A stretch of 64,000 bases of DNA from Deltaproteobacteria bacterium (GTDB lineage Bacteria; Desulfobacterota; Desulfobacteria; Desulfobacterales; QNYZ01): the NCBI GenBank assembly GCA_003973265.1, contig QNYZ01000058.1:8079-72078 (forward strand). Reading direction: 5' to 3'. The translations under genes and the position numbers were made by a program. The notes beneath the pieces were generated by a model. It did not search any database. It worked only from the letters and a program-made list of their open reading frames with translations, and was not told the origin of the DNA. Shown here one piece after another: positions 39,054 through 47,954 of the stretch (positions within the stretch are counted from its first letter, which is position 1; every line of letters starts with the position of its first letter).

Positions 39054-39911
39054 ATGAATAAAAAAAAATTAATGGTTCATGATTTTTTCAGGATGAAACA
39101 GGCCGGTGAAAAAATTACCTGGCTCACTTCGTATGACTACCCCACCGCTCAATTTGCAGAGGCTGCCGGGATGGAAATGATACTGGTCGGTGATTCACTG
39201 GGCATGTGTGTCTATGGCTACGATGGGACCGTGCCGGTCACCATGGATCAATGCATTGTCCATTGTGAGGCCGTGGCCCGCGCTGCGCCGAATACATTTA
39301 TTGTCGGAGATATGCCGTTTGGCAGCTATCAGGTGTCTGATGAAGCGGCGGTGATCAATGCCACCCGGTTTTTAAAAGAGGCCGGGGTGGATGCGGTTAA
39401 GCTGGAGGGCGGGACCCGGGTCATCACCCGTATTAAAGCCATTCTGGATGCCGGCATTGTGGTGATTGGCCACATCGGCCTGACACCGCAGAGCTCGGGC
39501 CAGATCGGGGGACACAAAGCCCAGGGCAGAACCGTTGCCTCGGCCCGGCTGGTGATCGAAGATGCCCTGGCCATTGAAGCTGCCGGCGCACAAATGCTTC
39601 TCGTCGAGGCTGTCCCCCCCGAAGTGGCCGGATTTATCGCCAGAAAACTGACGATTCCCGTTTTTTCGATCGGCGCCGGTGCTGAGTGTGATGGGCAACT
39701 TCTGATCGTATCCGATCTCATCGGGCAATTTACCGCCTTTACCCCCAAATTTGTCAAAAAATATGCCAATGTGGCAGAAGTGATAACCACTGCCATGCGG
39801 GCGTACGTAAATGAGGTCAAGAATGTCACCTTTCCCACAGACGCGCACTGCTATCACATGATCAAGGGGGAAGAAGACGGATTCAAGAAGCTTGTTAAAG
39901 AATATGAATAG
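39054..39911 (+). CDS. panB: 3-methyl-2-oxobutanoate hydroxymethyltransferase
   Basis: Start re-assigned to MNKKKLMVHDF (ATG 39054). It contains ITWLTSYDYPTAQFAEAAGMEMILVGDSLGM, DMPFGSY, KLEGG and HIGLTPQ. Confidence 0.9.
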   Translation: MNKKKLMVHDFFRMKQAGEKITWLTSYDYPTAQFAEAAGMEMILVGDSLGMCVYGYDGTVPVTMDQCIVHCEAVARAAPNTFIVGDMPFGSYQVSDEAAVINATRFLKEAGVDAVKLEGGTRVITRIKAILDAGIVVIGHIGLTPQSSGQIGGHKAQGRTVASARLVIEDALAIEAAGAQMLLVEAVPPEVAGFIARKLTIPVFSIGAGAECDGQLLIVSDLIGQFTAFTPKFVKKYANVAEVITTAMRAYVNEVKNVTFPTDAHCYHMIKGEEDGFKKLVKEYE

Positions 39912-39962
39912 TTTTCGTATCTAAATTAATTGAAACACTTTTTATATCAGGGAGAAAATGCC

Positions 39963-41225
39963 ATGTCTGACCTGAGGGAACGATTAAAGATTTCCACGAA
40001 ACGGGTGGATGAAATAAACCACTTCTTGCTGGACCCCGACAACGCACTTATTTCCGGTCTGATAGACGTCGTAGAAAAATTCGGAGGCCCCGGGGAGATC
40101 AACCGGAAAGCGAAAGAGGCCCGCAAGCTTGAAAATCTTATGGGCCGCCTGGAACAGATCGATTCACCGTATGTCAAGGATCTTGAATGGTTGACTTTGC
40201 AGCGGGATAATAACGCATTCATCCGCCTGGGTGATTATCGGAATAAAATCCTGGGAAACCGGGCCGGCACCGTGTCTTTTAACGAAAAGACTGCAGTCAC
40301 GCTTGAAATTTCCGCCCTGCAGTTTTTCCCCTGGTTGATTGCCGAGGCCAGGCAGGCCATCGAACAGGGGCAGCTCATGCCGGGACGCTATATCCGTGTC
40401 CGAAATATGCAGGAACAATCGGAAGATCAGGGGGATATTCTGGCGGTTGCCGCGGCCATGCAGATTGTCGGGGCGAGCTATGTTGAGACGCTGGATACCA
40501 AGGGGACGGATGGCGCCAATGTCCATCTCGGCGGCCCGGAAACCATTACAGGTTACTTCGGGGGGATCGGACAGCCCAACGACTACCCGTTGAAGTGGGT
40601 GGAAGAGTATCTCCATTATTATACGACTTATGGCATTCAGCAGGTTTTGAATATCAATGCCGGAACGATTTTTCTGGGATACATGCTGCACAAACTGGGG
40701 GTCGATAATGAGTTTAAAATTTCCGTGTTTATGGGAAATGACAACCCGTTTGCCGTCTTATGGACCCTGATGGGATCCCGGCTGCTGTCCCGGGATGATG
40801 GAACAACCAGCCTGATCGGGTTTAATTTCTCGAACTCGGTGAATAACGATACGATCCGGGCCAGTCACGACATCCGGCAGGCCCTGGGGTTGACCGATGG
40901 GGTCCGTTTTGAGCATCATATTACCGAGACTTTCAAATCGATCGTTATCCAGCCTTACGACCGGAGAGACGAACTGGTAGAGATTGCCGGGGCCGTGCCC
41001 AATATCTCGGCCAAACACGAAGGCGGCGACGTGGAAACCGAAAAAGAACGGGAACATCCCTCGGATATTCTCGAATATTTTTTGTCAAAGGAAGAAATCC
41101 TCAAACAGGGTCTGATGGACGTGCTGGAGCGCAATTATCTGGACAAGCACGATGCGCTGAACAATACTGCAGATGCATTAACCCGGGCCGGCATTGATAT
41201 CGTTTGTGCCAGGAATCTTCATTGA
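39963..41225 (+). CDS. Protein of unknown function (420 aa), soluble, no motif recognised
   Basis: Long ORF with a GGAGA ribosome-binding site before ATG 39963. It is clearly the dominant frame over this interval. I could not identify a signal peptide, transmembrane segments, or any nucleotide- or metal-binding motif. Confidence 0.7.
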   Translation: MSDLRERLKISTKRVDEINHFLLDPDNALISGLIDVVEKFGGPGEINRKAKEARKLENLMGRLEQIDSPYVKDLEWLTLQRDNNAFIRLGDYRNKILGNRAGTVSFNEKTAVTLEISALQFFPWLIAEARQAIEQGQLMPGRYIRVRNMQEQSEDQGDILAVAAAMQIVGASYVETLDTKGTDGANVHLGGPETITGYFGGIGQPNDYPLKWVEEYLHYYTTYGIQQVLNINAGTIFLGYMLHKLGVDNEFKISVFMGNDNPFAVLWTLMGSRLLSRDDGTTSLIGFNFSNSVNNDTIRASHDIRQALGLTDGVRFEHHITETFKSIVIQPYDRRDELVEIAGAVPNISAKHEGGDVETEKEREHPSDILEYFLSKEEILKQGLMDVLERNYLDKHDALNNTADALTRAGIDIVCARNLH

Positions 41226-41541
41226 AGATAAATGCAAAGAATGGCCCTTATTTTTTGGTGTATACTTAGGGTGCCCGGCCCTGTCGCTCGCCGAAGATCA
41301 GCCGTCTACGCTGAAAATATTATTGACAGGATAGCTCCTGTTTTGTACGGTTCTAAATATATTCTCCTGACTGGTATCAGGTGCAGGTATGGGGAAGCGG
41401 CGCCTGGGAGGAGGCGCTAGATACCGTACGCCCCAATGATAATCGAGGCTTGTCGGTGTTTCTTTATACAACACAATATGTTGGGGGATCTGGTGGCCTG
41501 TACGGCTTGTTTTTAATTACGAAAATTCAAAAGGAGCGACG

Positions 41542-42507
41542 ATGAAACTCATTTGTAAGACCACGATTGTTCTGTCATTATTTCTATTTCTGATCCTAAC
41601 TTCATTCACCGTATCTGTTTTCGCACAAGATCAGGGCGCCAGCCTTTTTCCGCCGAATGCTGAACCCGGAAAGTGTTATGCCAAGGTGTTGGTACCGGCC
41701 TCTTTTAAAACGGTTAGCGAGGAAATTGTTAAACGGGAGGCCGCTGAAAAGATCGAAACGGTTCCGGCCGAATTTGAGTGGGTTGAAAAAAAGGTGCTTG
41801 TCAAGGAAGCGACAGAAAAGATTGAAGTTATCCCCGCTGTTTACGAAACCGTTGAAGAAAAAATCGAGATTGTGCCTGCCTCATTCAAACTGGAAACAAC
41901 GAAACCTGTCTATGAGACGGTTGATGTAAAAGTGATAGACAAGCCGGCCCGCACCGCATGGAAAAAGGGGAGCGGCCTGTTGGACAAAATTGATCATGCC
42001 ACGGGCGATATTATGTGCCTGGTCAATATCCCCGCGACTTATAAAACAATTAAAAAACAAGTTCTTAAGACTCCCGCGACGGTAAAGAAAGTTGAAGTCC
42101 CGGCACAATACAAGACTTATAAAAGACAGGTTGTGAAAAAGCCTGCCGAAGTAAAAAAAGTTACCATTCCGGCTGAATACAAGACCATTAAAGTGAAAAA
42201 ACTTGTAACACCGGCTAAAGAAGTGCGAATTCCTATTCCCGAGGAACGCCAGGTCGTCAAAAAACGGATAAAAGAAAGCGACGAAAAAATGTCCTGGCAG
42301 CCGGTTCTTTGTGAAACCAATATGACTCCGGATGTGATCAAGAAAATTCAGGCTGCACTGGCAGACAAGGGGTTCGAACCGGGTCCTGTTGACGGCGCAT
42401 TGGGAAGCGGCACACTCAAGGCGCTTAAGGAATTTCAGCAGAAGAACGGTCTTGCCACCGGTGGGTTGACATACGAATCTCTTAAAGCACTGGCTGTTAT
42501 GGAATAA
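41542..42507 (+). CDS. Secreted protein with internal PAxY(K/E)T repeats and a C-terminal peptidoglycan-binding (PG_binding_1) domain
   Basis: Signal peptide ending VFAQDQ. It has about 8 degenerate repeats (VPAEFEWV, IPAVYETV, VPASFKLE, KPVYETV, IPATYKTI, VPAQYKTY, IPAEYKTI). The C-terminus IQAALADKGFEPGPVDGALGSGTLKALKEFQQKNGL is a PG_binding_1-type domain. Confidence 0.8.
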   Translation: MKLICKTTIVLSLFLFLILTSFTVSVFAQDQGASLFPPNAEPGKCYAKVLVPASFKTVSEEIVKREAAEKIETVPAEFEWVEKKVLVKEATEKIEVIPAVYETVEEKIEIVPASFKLETTKPVYETVDVKVIDKPARTAWKKGSGLLDKIDHATGDIMCLVNIPATYKTIKKQVLKTPATVKKVEVPAQYKTYKRQVVKKPAEVKKVTIPAEYKTIKVKKLVTPAKEVRIPIPEERQVVKKRIKESDEKMSWQPVLCETNMTPDVIKKIQAALADKGFEPGPVDGALGSGTLKALKEFQQKNGLATGGLTYESLKALAVME

Positions 42508-42554
42508 GTTTACGCCGGAAGCTGCGGCTGGCCGGAAAAATGATATTTAAAAAT

Positions 42555-42588
42555 GGCGTCGGAGAAAGATATTTTCGGCGCCCTTTTT
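42555..42588 (+). terminator. Candidate intrinsic terminator downstream of the peptidoglycan-binding protein gene
   Basis: GGCGTCGGA / TTCGGCGCC forms a 9-bp stem (two G-U pairs) with a 10-nt loop, followed by CTTTTT. It lies in the convergent gap before the radical SAM gene. Confidence 0.5.
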
Positions 42589-42616
42589 ATGCCCGGATAT
42601 AGAAGCGGTCTGTTTT

Positions 42617-43897
42617 TTACAGGCGTTGAATCAGGTAAAGATAATTTTTGAAACAGTTCATCGTTTTTATCTTATAAAACTTTCGAACGATATTTTTGTG
42701 AATTACGGAGTTTCCGCCCATTAATGGTGAAAAATAGATGGTTCCTTTACCGACAGAGCGGTTTGCTGCTTTCCGGGTGAGATCAAAAAAAGAGGGAAGG
42801 TGGGTCTCGGGAAGGTGATCGCCATATACGAAATTGGCCGTAATTTCGATATTCGCATATGCTTTATTAATGGCCCGTATTTTGGCAAACGTCTCGGCGA
42901 CTGTGGCCGAACTGATAGGTTTTCTTAAGTAATCCAGTGTATTCTGGTCGGCGGATTCGAGCCCGATATTGATGTAAGTCGAATACGGGAGGGTATTCAG
43001 GGCGTCAAAGAGTGATGCCTGAGACCGGAGGATTGCATCCGCGCTGCCAAAGAGAAAGAGGCTGGCCCCGTCCAGGTGGGAATGCTTCAGATCGAGCAGT
43101 TGGTAGGCGGTTTCAGCGGCGAAAAGAATTCGCCCGGGATCCGTATACAGGGCGTCGTGGAGTCCTAAAAACAGCGCATTGTAGTTTTTCAGGTCCGGGC
43201 CATAAAAAGTCTTGAGTTGTTTGATCTGCCTGACAATATTTTTTTTCGTACGGGATGCGAATCCATCGCGTGTTTTTAATCGACAAAACCCGCATTTATA
43301 GAGACAGCCATCGGCGATAATCACCGGAAGGACATTGTAATCCACATGCCGGGTATCCGGTGGTAAAACGGAAATCCGTCCGCCAATGATTTGGTGAAGA
43401 TGCCGGGCGTTACGGGCAAGTATATCCGGGGTATTTCCAGTCATTTTTTCCAGGAATTGTTTTATCTCTGCGGCTTTTACCTCCGGTATGAGCCGGCGGA
43501 GATCTTTTCTCATATCCTGCCAGGCGTTGATGGCGGCCACAACCGCCCTGTCTTTAAATGGATTTCGGGTGATAAAGGAATTGGTCGGGTAGTCGGGGAG
43601 GGGAAGATAGTATTCACCAAACGCATCCCGGACACCGCTGTAATCTCCGGCCATATAGTAAACCCAGTCGTTTCCGTCGGTTCGTTTGAGCCATTCCGAC
43701 GGCGATGGCCAGCCGTTTCCATGTCCTTGAATATATTTTATTTCGTGGTTTAGATTGAATTGAAAGATGTAGGCCGGTGTTTTTATCTCTGCATAACGGC
43801 CGTAGCGGATGGGGTAACTGACCTTGGTGAATGAACTGGCGCCGGGTTTATTCAGGGTAATGGTGAAATTTTCGATTTGGTGGGAGATCATACCCAT
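42617..43897 (-). CDS. Radical SAM protein with an uncharacterised ~190-aa N-terminal domain
   Basis: CxxxCxxC motif (GCLYKCGFC) about 200 aa into the protein, followed by a TIM-barrel-like region. I could not recognise the N-terminal domain. Confidence 0.75.
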   Translation of the reverse strand: MGMISHQIENFTITLNKPGASSFTKVSYPIRYGRYAEIKTPAYIFQFNLNHEIKYIQGHGNGWPSPSEWLKRTDGNDWVYYMAGDYSGVRDAFGEYYLPLPDYPTNSFITRNPFKDRAVVAAINAWQDMRKDLRRLIPEVKAAEIKQFLEKMTGNTPDILARNARHLHQIIGGRISVLPPDTRHVDYNVLPVIIADGCLYKCGFCRLKTRDGFASRTKKNIVRQIKQLKTFYGPDLKNYNALFLGLHDALYTDPGRILFAAETAYQLLDLKHSHLDGASLFLFGSADAILRSQASLFDALNTLPYSTYINIGLESADQNTLDYLRKPISSATVAETFAKIRAINKAYANIEITANFVYGDHLPETHLPSFFDLTRKAANRSVGKGTIYFSPLMGGNSVIHKNIVRKFYKIKTMNCFKNYLYLIQRL

Positions 43898-44015
43898 CTG
43901 TATCCGGATACTTCATAATCCAAAAGATGATTTTGAGAGATGTTTTTCACGGGCGGATACTAATACACCCTAATTAACCCGTCAATATGAGCAAAATCCG
44001 GCGTGGAAAAAGTTA

Positions 44016-44056
44016 TTGACAAGTTACGCCAATTTTAATTACATTATAGCTATAAT
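44016..44056 (+). promoter_or_regulatory. Candidate sigma-70 promoter of had/oah with an overlapping perfect 14-bp palindrome
   Basis: TTGACA (44016-44021), 18 nt, then TACATT (44040-44045). The perfect palindrome ATTATAGCTATAAT (44043-44056) overlaps the -10 region. AGTTACG directly follows the -35. Confidence 0.4.
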
Positions 44057-44165
44057 ATAATTATCATCGGGATATTCGCGGTCTTCTCCTAAACAGGGAA
44101 GGCCCCGGACGGTGGAGACATTTATAAAGCTTATATTGATTGGACAGACAATAAGGAGGGGCTCG

Positions 44166-45269
44166 ATGGCAGCTGTACCTGGAAAAATTATGACATGGCA
44201 GATGGTTCGGCCAACCACCCGGAACAGAGAGACCGGTGAGGTGTTACCGGGTAAACTGGAGAAAAAAGAATTACCGGTACCGGCGCTGAAAGAAGGGGAG
44301 GTGCTTGTGGAGGTGGCCGGCTGCGGGGTGTGCCATACGGACCTGGGATATTTTTATGATGGGGTTCCCACGGTATGTAAACCGCCCCTGACGCTGGGGC
44401 ATGAAATTTCTGGAACCGTGGTGGCCGGTGATGCGGCCTGGATTGGCAAAGAGGTGTTAATCCCGGCCGTGATGCCATGCCGAAAATGTCATCTGTGTAA
44501 AACCGGGCGGGGAAACCGCTGCCTGTCTCAGAAAATGCCGGGCAACAGTATCGGTATTTACGGGGGCTTTTCAAGTCATATTCCCGTTCCCTCGATTGAC
44601 CTTTGCGAGATAAAAAATCGCGGAGATTTTCCGCTTTCCCACCTGGCAGTGGTTGCCGATGCCGCCACGACGCCGTATCAGGCGGCCCGACGCGCCGATC
44701 TTCGTCTCGGTGACCATGTCATCGTCATCGGGGTCGGGGGGGTTGGCCAGTATATGGTCCAGGAAGCCAAAGCCCTGGGCGCGGCCATGGTCATTGCCAT
44801 CGACATTGATCAGGAACGGCTGGATCTGATGAAAAAATACGGTGCCGATGAAGTTATCAATGTGACTGGTAAAAAACCCCGCGATGTGGCCGGCGAAGTC
44901 AAGGCGATCCGCAAAGAGAAGGGGTTGCCCGCCCATGGCTGGAAGATTTTCGAGGCCACCGGATCAAAACCGGGCCAGGAGCTGGCTCTGACGCTGTTAA
45001 GCTTTACCGGTAAATTGATAATTATTGGATTCGGAATGCAGAAAGTTGAATATTCCATCAGCCGCCTGATGGCCTTTGACGCGGAGATTATCGGTACCTG
45101 GGGCTGTCTGCCAGAATACTATTCCCATGTCCTGTCGATGGTCCTTTCCGGAAAAATCGCCCTGTCGCCCTTTGTGCAGACCCGGCCCATGAGCACCATT
45201 GCCGATGTGTTTGAAGAAGCACATACCCAGTCGCCGGACCGGCGCATCATCCTGGAGCCGGACTTTTAA
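44166..45269 (+). CDS. bamQ: Zn-dependent MDR alcohol dehydrogenase, probable 6-hydroxycyclohex-1-ene-1-carbonyl-CoA dehydrogenase
   Basis: Start re-assigned to ATG 44166 (AAGGAGG at 44152-44158), giving 367 aa. It has the zinc ADH motifs GCGVCHTDL and GHEISG and a structural-zinc Cys cluster (CRKCHLCKTGRGNRC). The function is inferred from its position directly upstream of oah. Confidence 0.7.
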   Translation: MAAVPGKIMTWQMVRPTTRNRETGEVLPGKLEKKELPVPALKEGEVLVEVAGCGVCHTDLGYFYDGVPTVCKPPLTLGHEISGTVVAGDAAWIGKEVLIPAVMPCRKCHLCKTGRGNRCLSQKMPGNSIGIYGGFSSHIPVPSIDLCEIKNRGDFPLSHLAVVADAATTPYQAARRADLRLGDHVIVIGVGGVGQYMVQEAKALGAAMVIAIDIDQERLDLMKKYGADEVINVTGKKPRDVAGEVKAIRKEKGLPAHGWKIFEATGSKPGQELALTLLSFTGKLIIIGFGMQKVEYSISRLMAFDAEIIGTWGCLPEYYSHVLSMVLSGKIALSPFVQTRPMSTIADVFEEAHTQSPDRRIILEPDF

Positions 45270-45353
45270 AATGGCTGGCCTGCCGGTCGACTGGCTGATC
45301 GAGCGATCTATTCAACTAAAAAAACGAAACTGAACAACAACAAGGAGACAGAC

Positions 45354-46490
45354 ATGGCTTTAGACTGGATGCCGAGAGATAACGAACCCAAAGATCACGC
45401 CCTGCACCGGGATCCCCACTGGACCACGGAAGCCCCCGGGGTGGTATACGAAAAAAAACCCTTGACCGATCCCAGGGGGAATGTGGTGGAAGGGCTGTAT
45501 ACCGCCTGGATCCGCCTGAATAATCCCAAGCAGTATAATTCATACACAACCGATATGGTCAAAGGCGTCATTGCCGGGTTTGAAAATGCGTCTCTGGATC
45601 GGAGCGTGGTGGCCGTTGTCTTTACAGGAACCGGACCGTATGCGTTCTGTACCGGTGGTAATACCAGGGAATATTCCGAATATTATTCGAGAAGGCCCGA
45701 GGAATACGGCCAGTACATGGACCTGTTCAACCACATGGTCGATTCGATTCTCTCCTGCCATAAACCAACCATCTGCCGGGTCAACGGCATGCGGATTGCC
45801 GGCGGCCAGGAAATCGGTCTGGCGTGTGATCTGGCTATATCATCCGACCTGGCTGTTTTTGGCCAGGCCGGCCCCCGGCACGGCTCCTCCCCGGCCGGCG
45901 GTTCATCCGACTTTCTGCCCTGGTTTCTCACCATGGAAGATGCCATGTGGAATTGCGTATCCTGTGAAATGTGGTCGGCCTACAAGATGAAGATGAAAGG
46001 CATGATTACCAAGGTGGTCCCGGTGTTGAAAATAGACGGTCAATGGGTGAGAAATCCGACCGTTGAAACGGATAAGTATATCGATAACGGCGAGATTGTT
46101 TATGGCGAATATAAGGCCGGTCAGGCCTTTAAAGATGGTAAGGCACTTCTCAGAGCGCATCAGGCCGATGCCGATTTTGAACTGCTGGATAAAGAAGTTG
46201 ATAAAATAATCTGGAAATTTGCCAACCTTTTTCCCGGGTGCCTGGTCAAATCCATCGAGGATGTCCGTCAGAAAAAGAAATTTTTCTGGGATACCATGAA
46301 AAACGATCACCGGCACTGGCTGGCGGCCAACATGTCCAGCGAGGCGTTCCTGGGATTTGGTGCGTTTAATACCAAGAAAATCACCGGTCAGGATACCATC
46401 GATTTTATCAAGTTCCGCCAGAATGTGGCTGATGCCAGGGACTGGGATATGGACATGTTTGCCGAAGTGATGGGAAAACCAGAAGATTGA
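45354..46490 (+). CDS. bamA: 6-oxocyclohex-1-ene-1-carbonyl-CoA hydrolase (ring-opening enoyl-CoA hydratase family)
   Basis: 378-aa extended crotonase-fold protein (VVFTGTGPYAFCTGGN, GGQEIGLACDLAI). Size, the long C-terminal extension and its neighbours (had, bamB-I) fit Oah/BamA. Confidence 0.8.
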   Translation: MALDWMPRDNEPKDHALHRDPHWTTEAPGVVYEKKPLTDPRGNVVEGLYTAWIRLNNPKQYNSYTTDMVKGVIAGFENASLDRSVVAVVFTGTGPYAFCTGGNTREYSEYYSRRPEEYGQYMDLFNHMVDSILSCHKPTICRVNGMRIAGGQEIGLACDLAISSDLAVFGQAGPRHGSSPAGGSSDFLPWFLTMEDAMWNCVSCEMWSAYKMKMKGMITKVVPVLKIDGQWVRNPTVETDKYIDNGEIVYGEYKAGQAFKDGKALLRAHQADADFELLDKEVDKIIWKFANLFPGCLVKSIEDVRQKKKFFWDTMKNDHRHWLAANMSSEAFLGFGAFNTKKITGQDTIDFIKFRQNVADARDWDMDMFAEVMGKPED

Positions 46491-46569
46491 CGATTGGCGA
46501 TTGAATATTGTTGATTGAGACAGATACGCCGGACGCCGGTTGTTCGTTAAAAATTATAGGAATCATTCG

Positions 46570-47124
46570 ATGCGGTACCCCAAAGAATGCGTTCTGAAGG
46601 AATGCCAGGAGGTCGTCATTCGGCCCCTGGCACGTGATGATGAGCCTTTGCTGCTTCAGTTTTTTAACGAGATCCCCGAAGCAGATCGCTGGTACATGCG
46701 ATACGATGTGACCGATATCGGGGTGATTAAAAAATGGTTCGAGCATATCGACTCGGATACCGTGGATTCGATCATCGCTTTGAGCGGTGATCGAATTGTC
46801 GGCCATGGCAGTCTGCATGTCAGAGGGTTCGGCTCCACCCGGCATGTGGGCCGGTTTCGAATCGTTATTCACCCCGAGTTTCGGTTACAGCGGCTGGGGA
46901 CCTGGCTCACGCTTGACCTGATCCAGCTGGCCATGGACAAGGGCCTCGAGATTTTACGGACGGATCTGGTGGCGGGGATCGAAGATGTGGCCATCGATGC
47001 CGTCCGAAAGCTTGATTTTGTTAAACGTGCCGAGATCAGGGACTATGCCAGGGATCCGGAGGGCAACCACCACGATCTGGTGGTCATGATCAAGCGTCTG
47101 CATCGGGGATGGGGGGATTTTTAA
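46570..47124 (+). CDS. GNAT family acetyltransferase (resembles the GNAT domain of Pat-type protein lysine acetyltransferases)
   Basis: Start re-assigned to ATG 46570. It contains VVIRPLARDDEPLLLQFFNEIP...RWYMRY and the acetyl-CoA-binding segment VIHPEFRLQRLGTWL. Confidence 0.75.
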   Translation: MRYPKECVLKECQEVVIRPLARDDEPLLLQFFNEIPEADRWYMRYDVTDIGVIKKWFEHIDSDTVDSIIALSGDRIVGHGSLHVRGFGSTRHVGRFRIVIHPEFRLQRLGTWLTLDLIQLAMDKGLEILRTDLVAGIEDVAIDAVRKLDFVKRAEIRDYARDPEGNHHDLVVMIKRLHRGWGDF

Positions 47125-47129
47125 TCCAG

Positions 47130-47151
47130 CGTCACGACCTGGCGTTTTTTT
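47130..47151 (+). terminator. Candidate intrinsic terminator after the first GNAT gene
   Basis: CGTCA-CGACC-TGGCG forms a short stem-loop, followed directly by TTTTTTT (47145-47151). Confidence 0.45.
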
Positions 47152-47253
47152 GAGCCTTTTTCAGGACGATTCATCCTGTCATTTCAATACCCGTCTGTTT
47201 CCGATCTGTCCGTACAATTGGCTGATGTTCGAGTCAAACGCGGTGCTTAACCG

Positions 47254-47895
47254 ATGAACGTATGTAATTTACCATCCCGGGAAATACCCTGGCCGAATGC
47301 CAACGGTCAGCTCCGGATCCGTTGCGGCTGTCATCCTGAGGAGATCCGGGGATATACCTTTGATGCGCAATTTGGCTCCTATGCGCATTTTCGGTCGTTG
47401 TACACGAAACGGGAAACACTGGAAACGATTGCCGGTCATGACGGTGCCAATGTTGTTTTAGCGCTCACCGATAACAATCATATTATCGGATTCGGCGTCC
47501 TTGATTTCCCCGAACCGAATGAGCGATGGGCCCGGCTGGGCGCCAAGCGGATGATGGAAGTCAAGGCCATTGAGGTCTGCCGGGATTTTCGTGCGGCGCG
47601 TGTGGCCAGCGGTATTCTGGAGATGCTGCTCCGGCATCCGCAATTGGAAAAAATGATCGTGTATATGGTCGGGTATTCATGGACCTGGGACCTCGACGGT
47701 ACGGGAAAGACGCCGCAGGCATACCGCAATATTTTGCTGCGTCTGTTTGCGCGTCACGGCTTTGTGGAAATGCAGACCAACGAACCCAATATCTGCCTGA
47801 AGTCGGAAAATCTATTTATGGCCAGGGTCGGAAAAGAAGTACCTGATGATATTATTCAAAAATTCAAGTGGTTACGGTTTGGCGTGAGGCCTTGA
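47254..47895 (+). CDS. AcuA-like GNAT acetyltransferase (acyl-CoA synthetase-acetylating family)
   Basis: 213 aa. By recollection of Bacillus AcuA, the architecture is collinear: ERW...EVKAIEV.RDFR, YSWTWDLDG, TNEPNI, LFMARVGK and KFKWLRF. Confidence 0.6.
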   Translation: MNVCNLPSREIPWPNANGQLRIRCGCHPEEIRGYTFDAQFGSYAHFRSLYTKRETLETIAGHDGANVVLALTDNNHIIGFGVLDFPEPNERWARLGAKRMMEVKAIEVCRDFRAARVASGILEMLLRHPQLEKMIVYMVGYSWTWDLDGTGKTPQAYRNILLRLFARHGFVEMQTNEPNICLKSENLFMARVGKEVPDDIIQKFKWLRFGVRP

Positions 47896-47954
47896 CAGGC
47901 GGGTAGCCCGGCAAAATTCTATCGTAAGTGTTCTGCATAAATACGATTTTTTTC

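Noticed and set aside
41232-41420. 62-aa ORF upstream of the peptidoglycan-binding protein gene
   Set aside because: It has no ribosome-binding site, an Arg-rich unstructured-looking product, and I see no homology. It is treated as non-coding.
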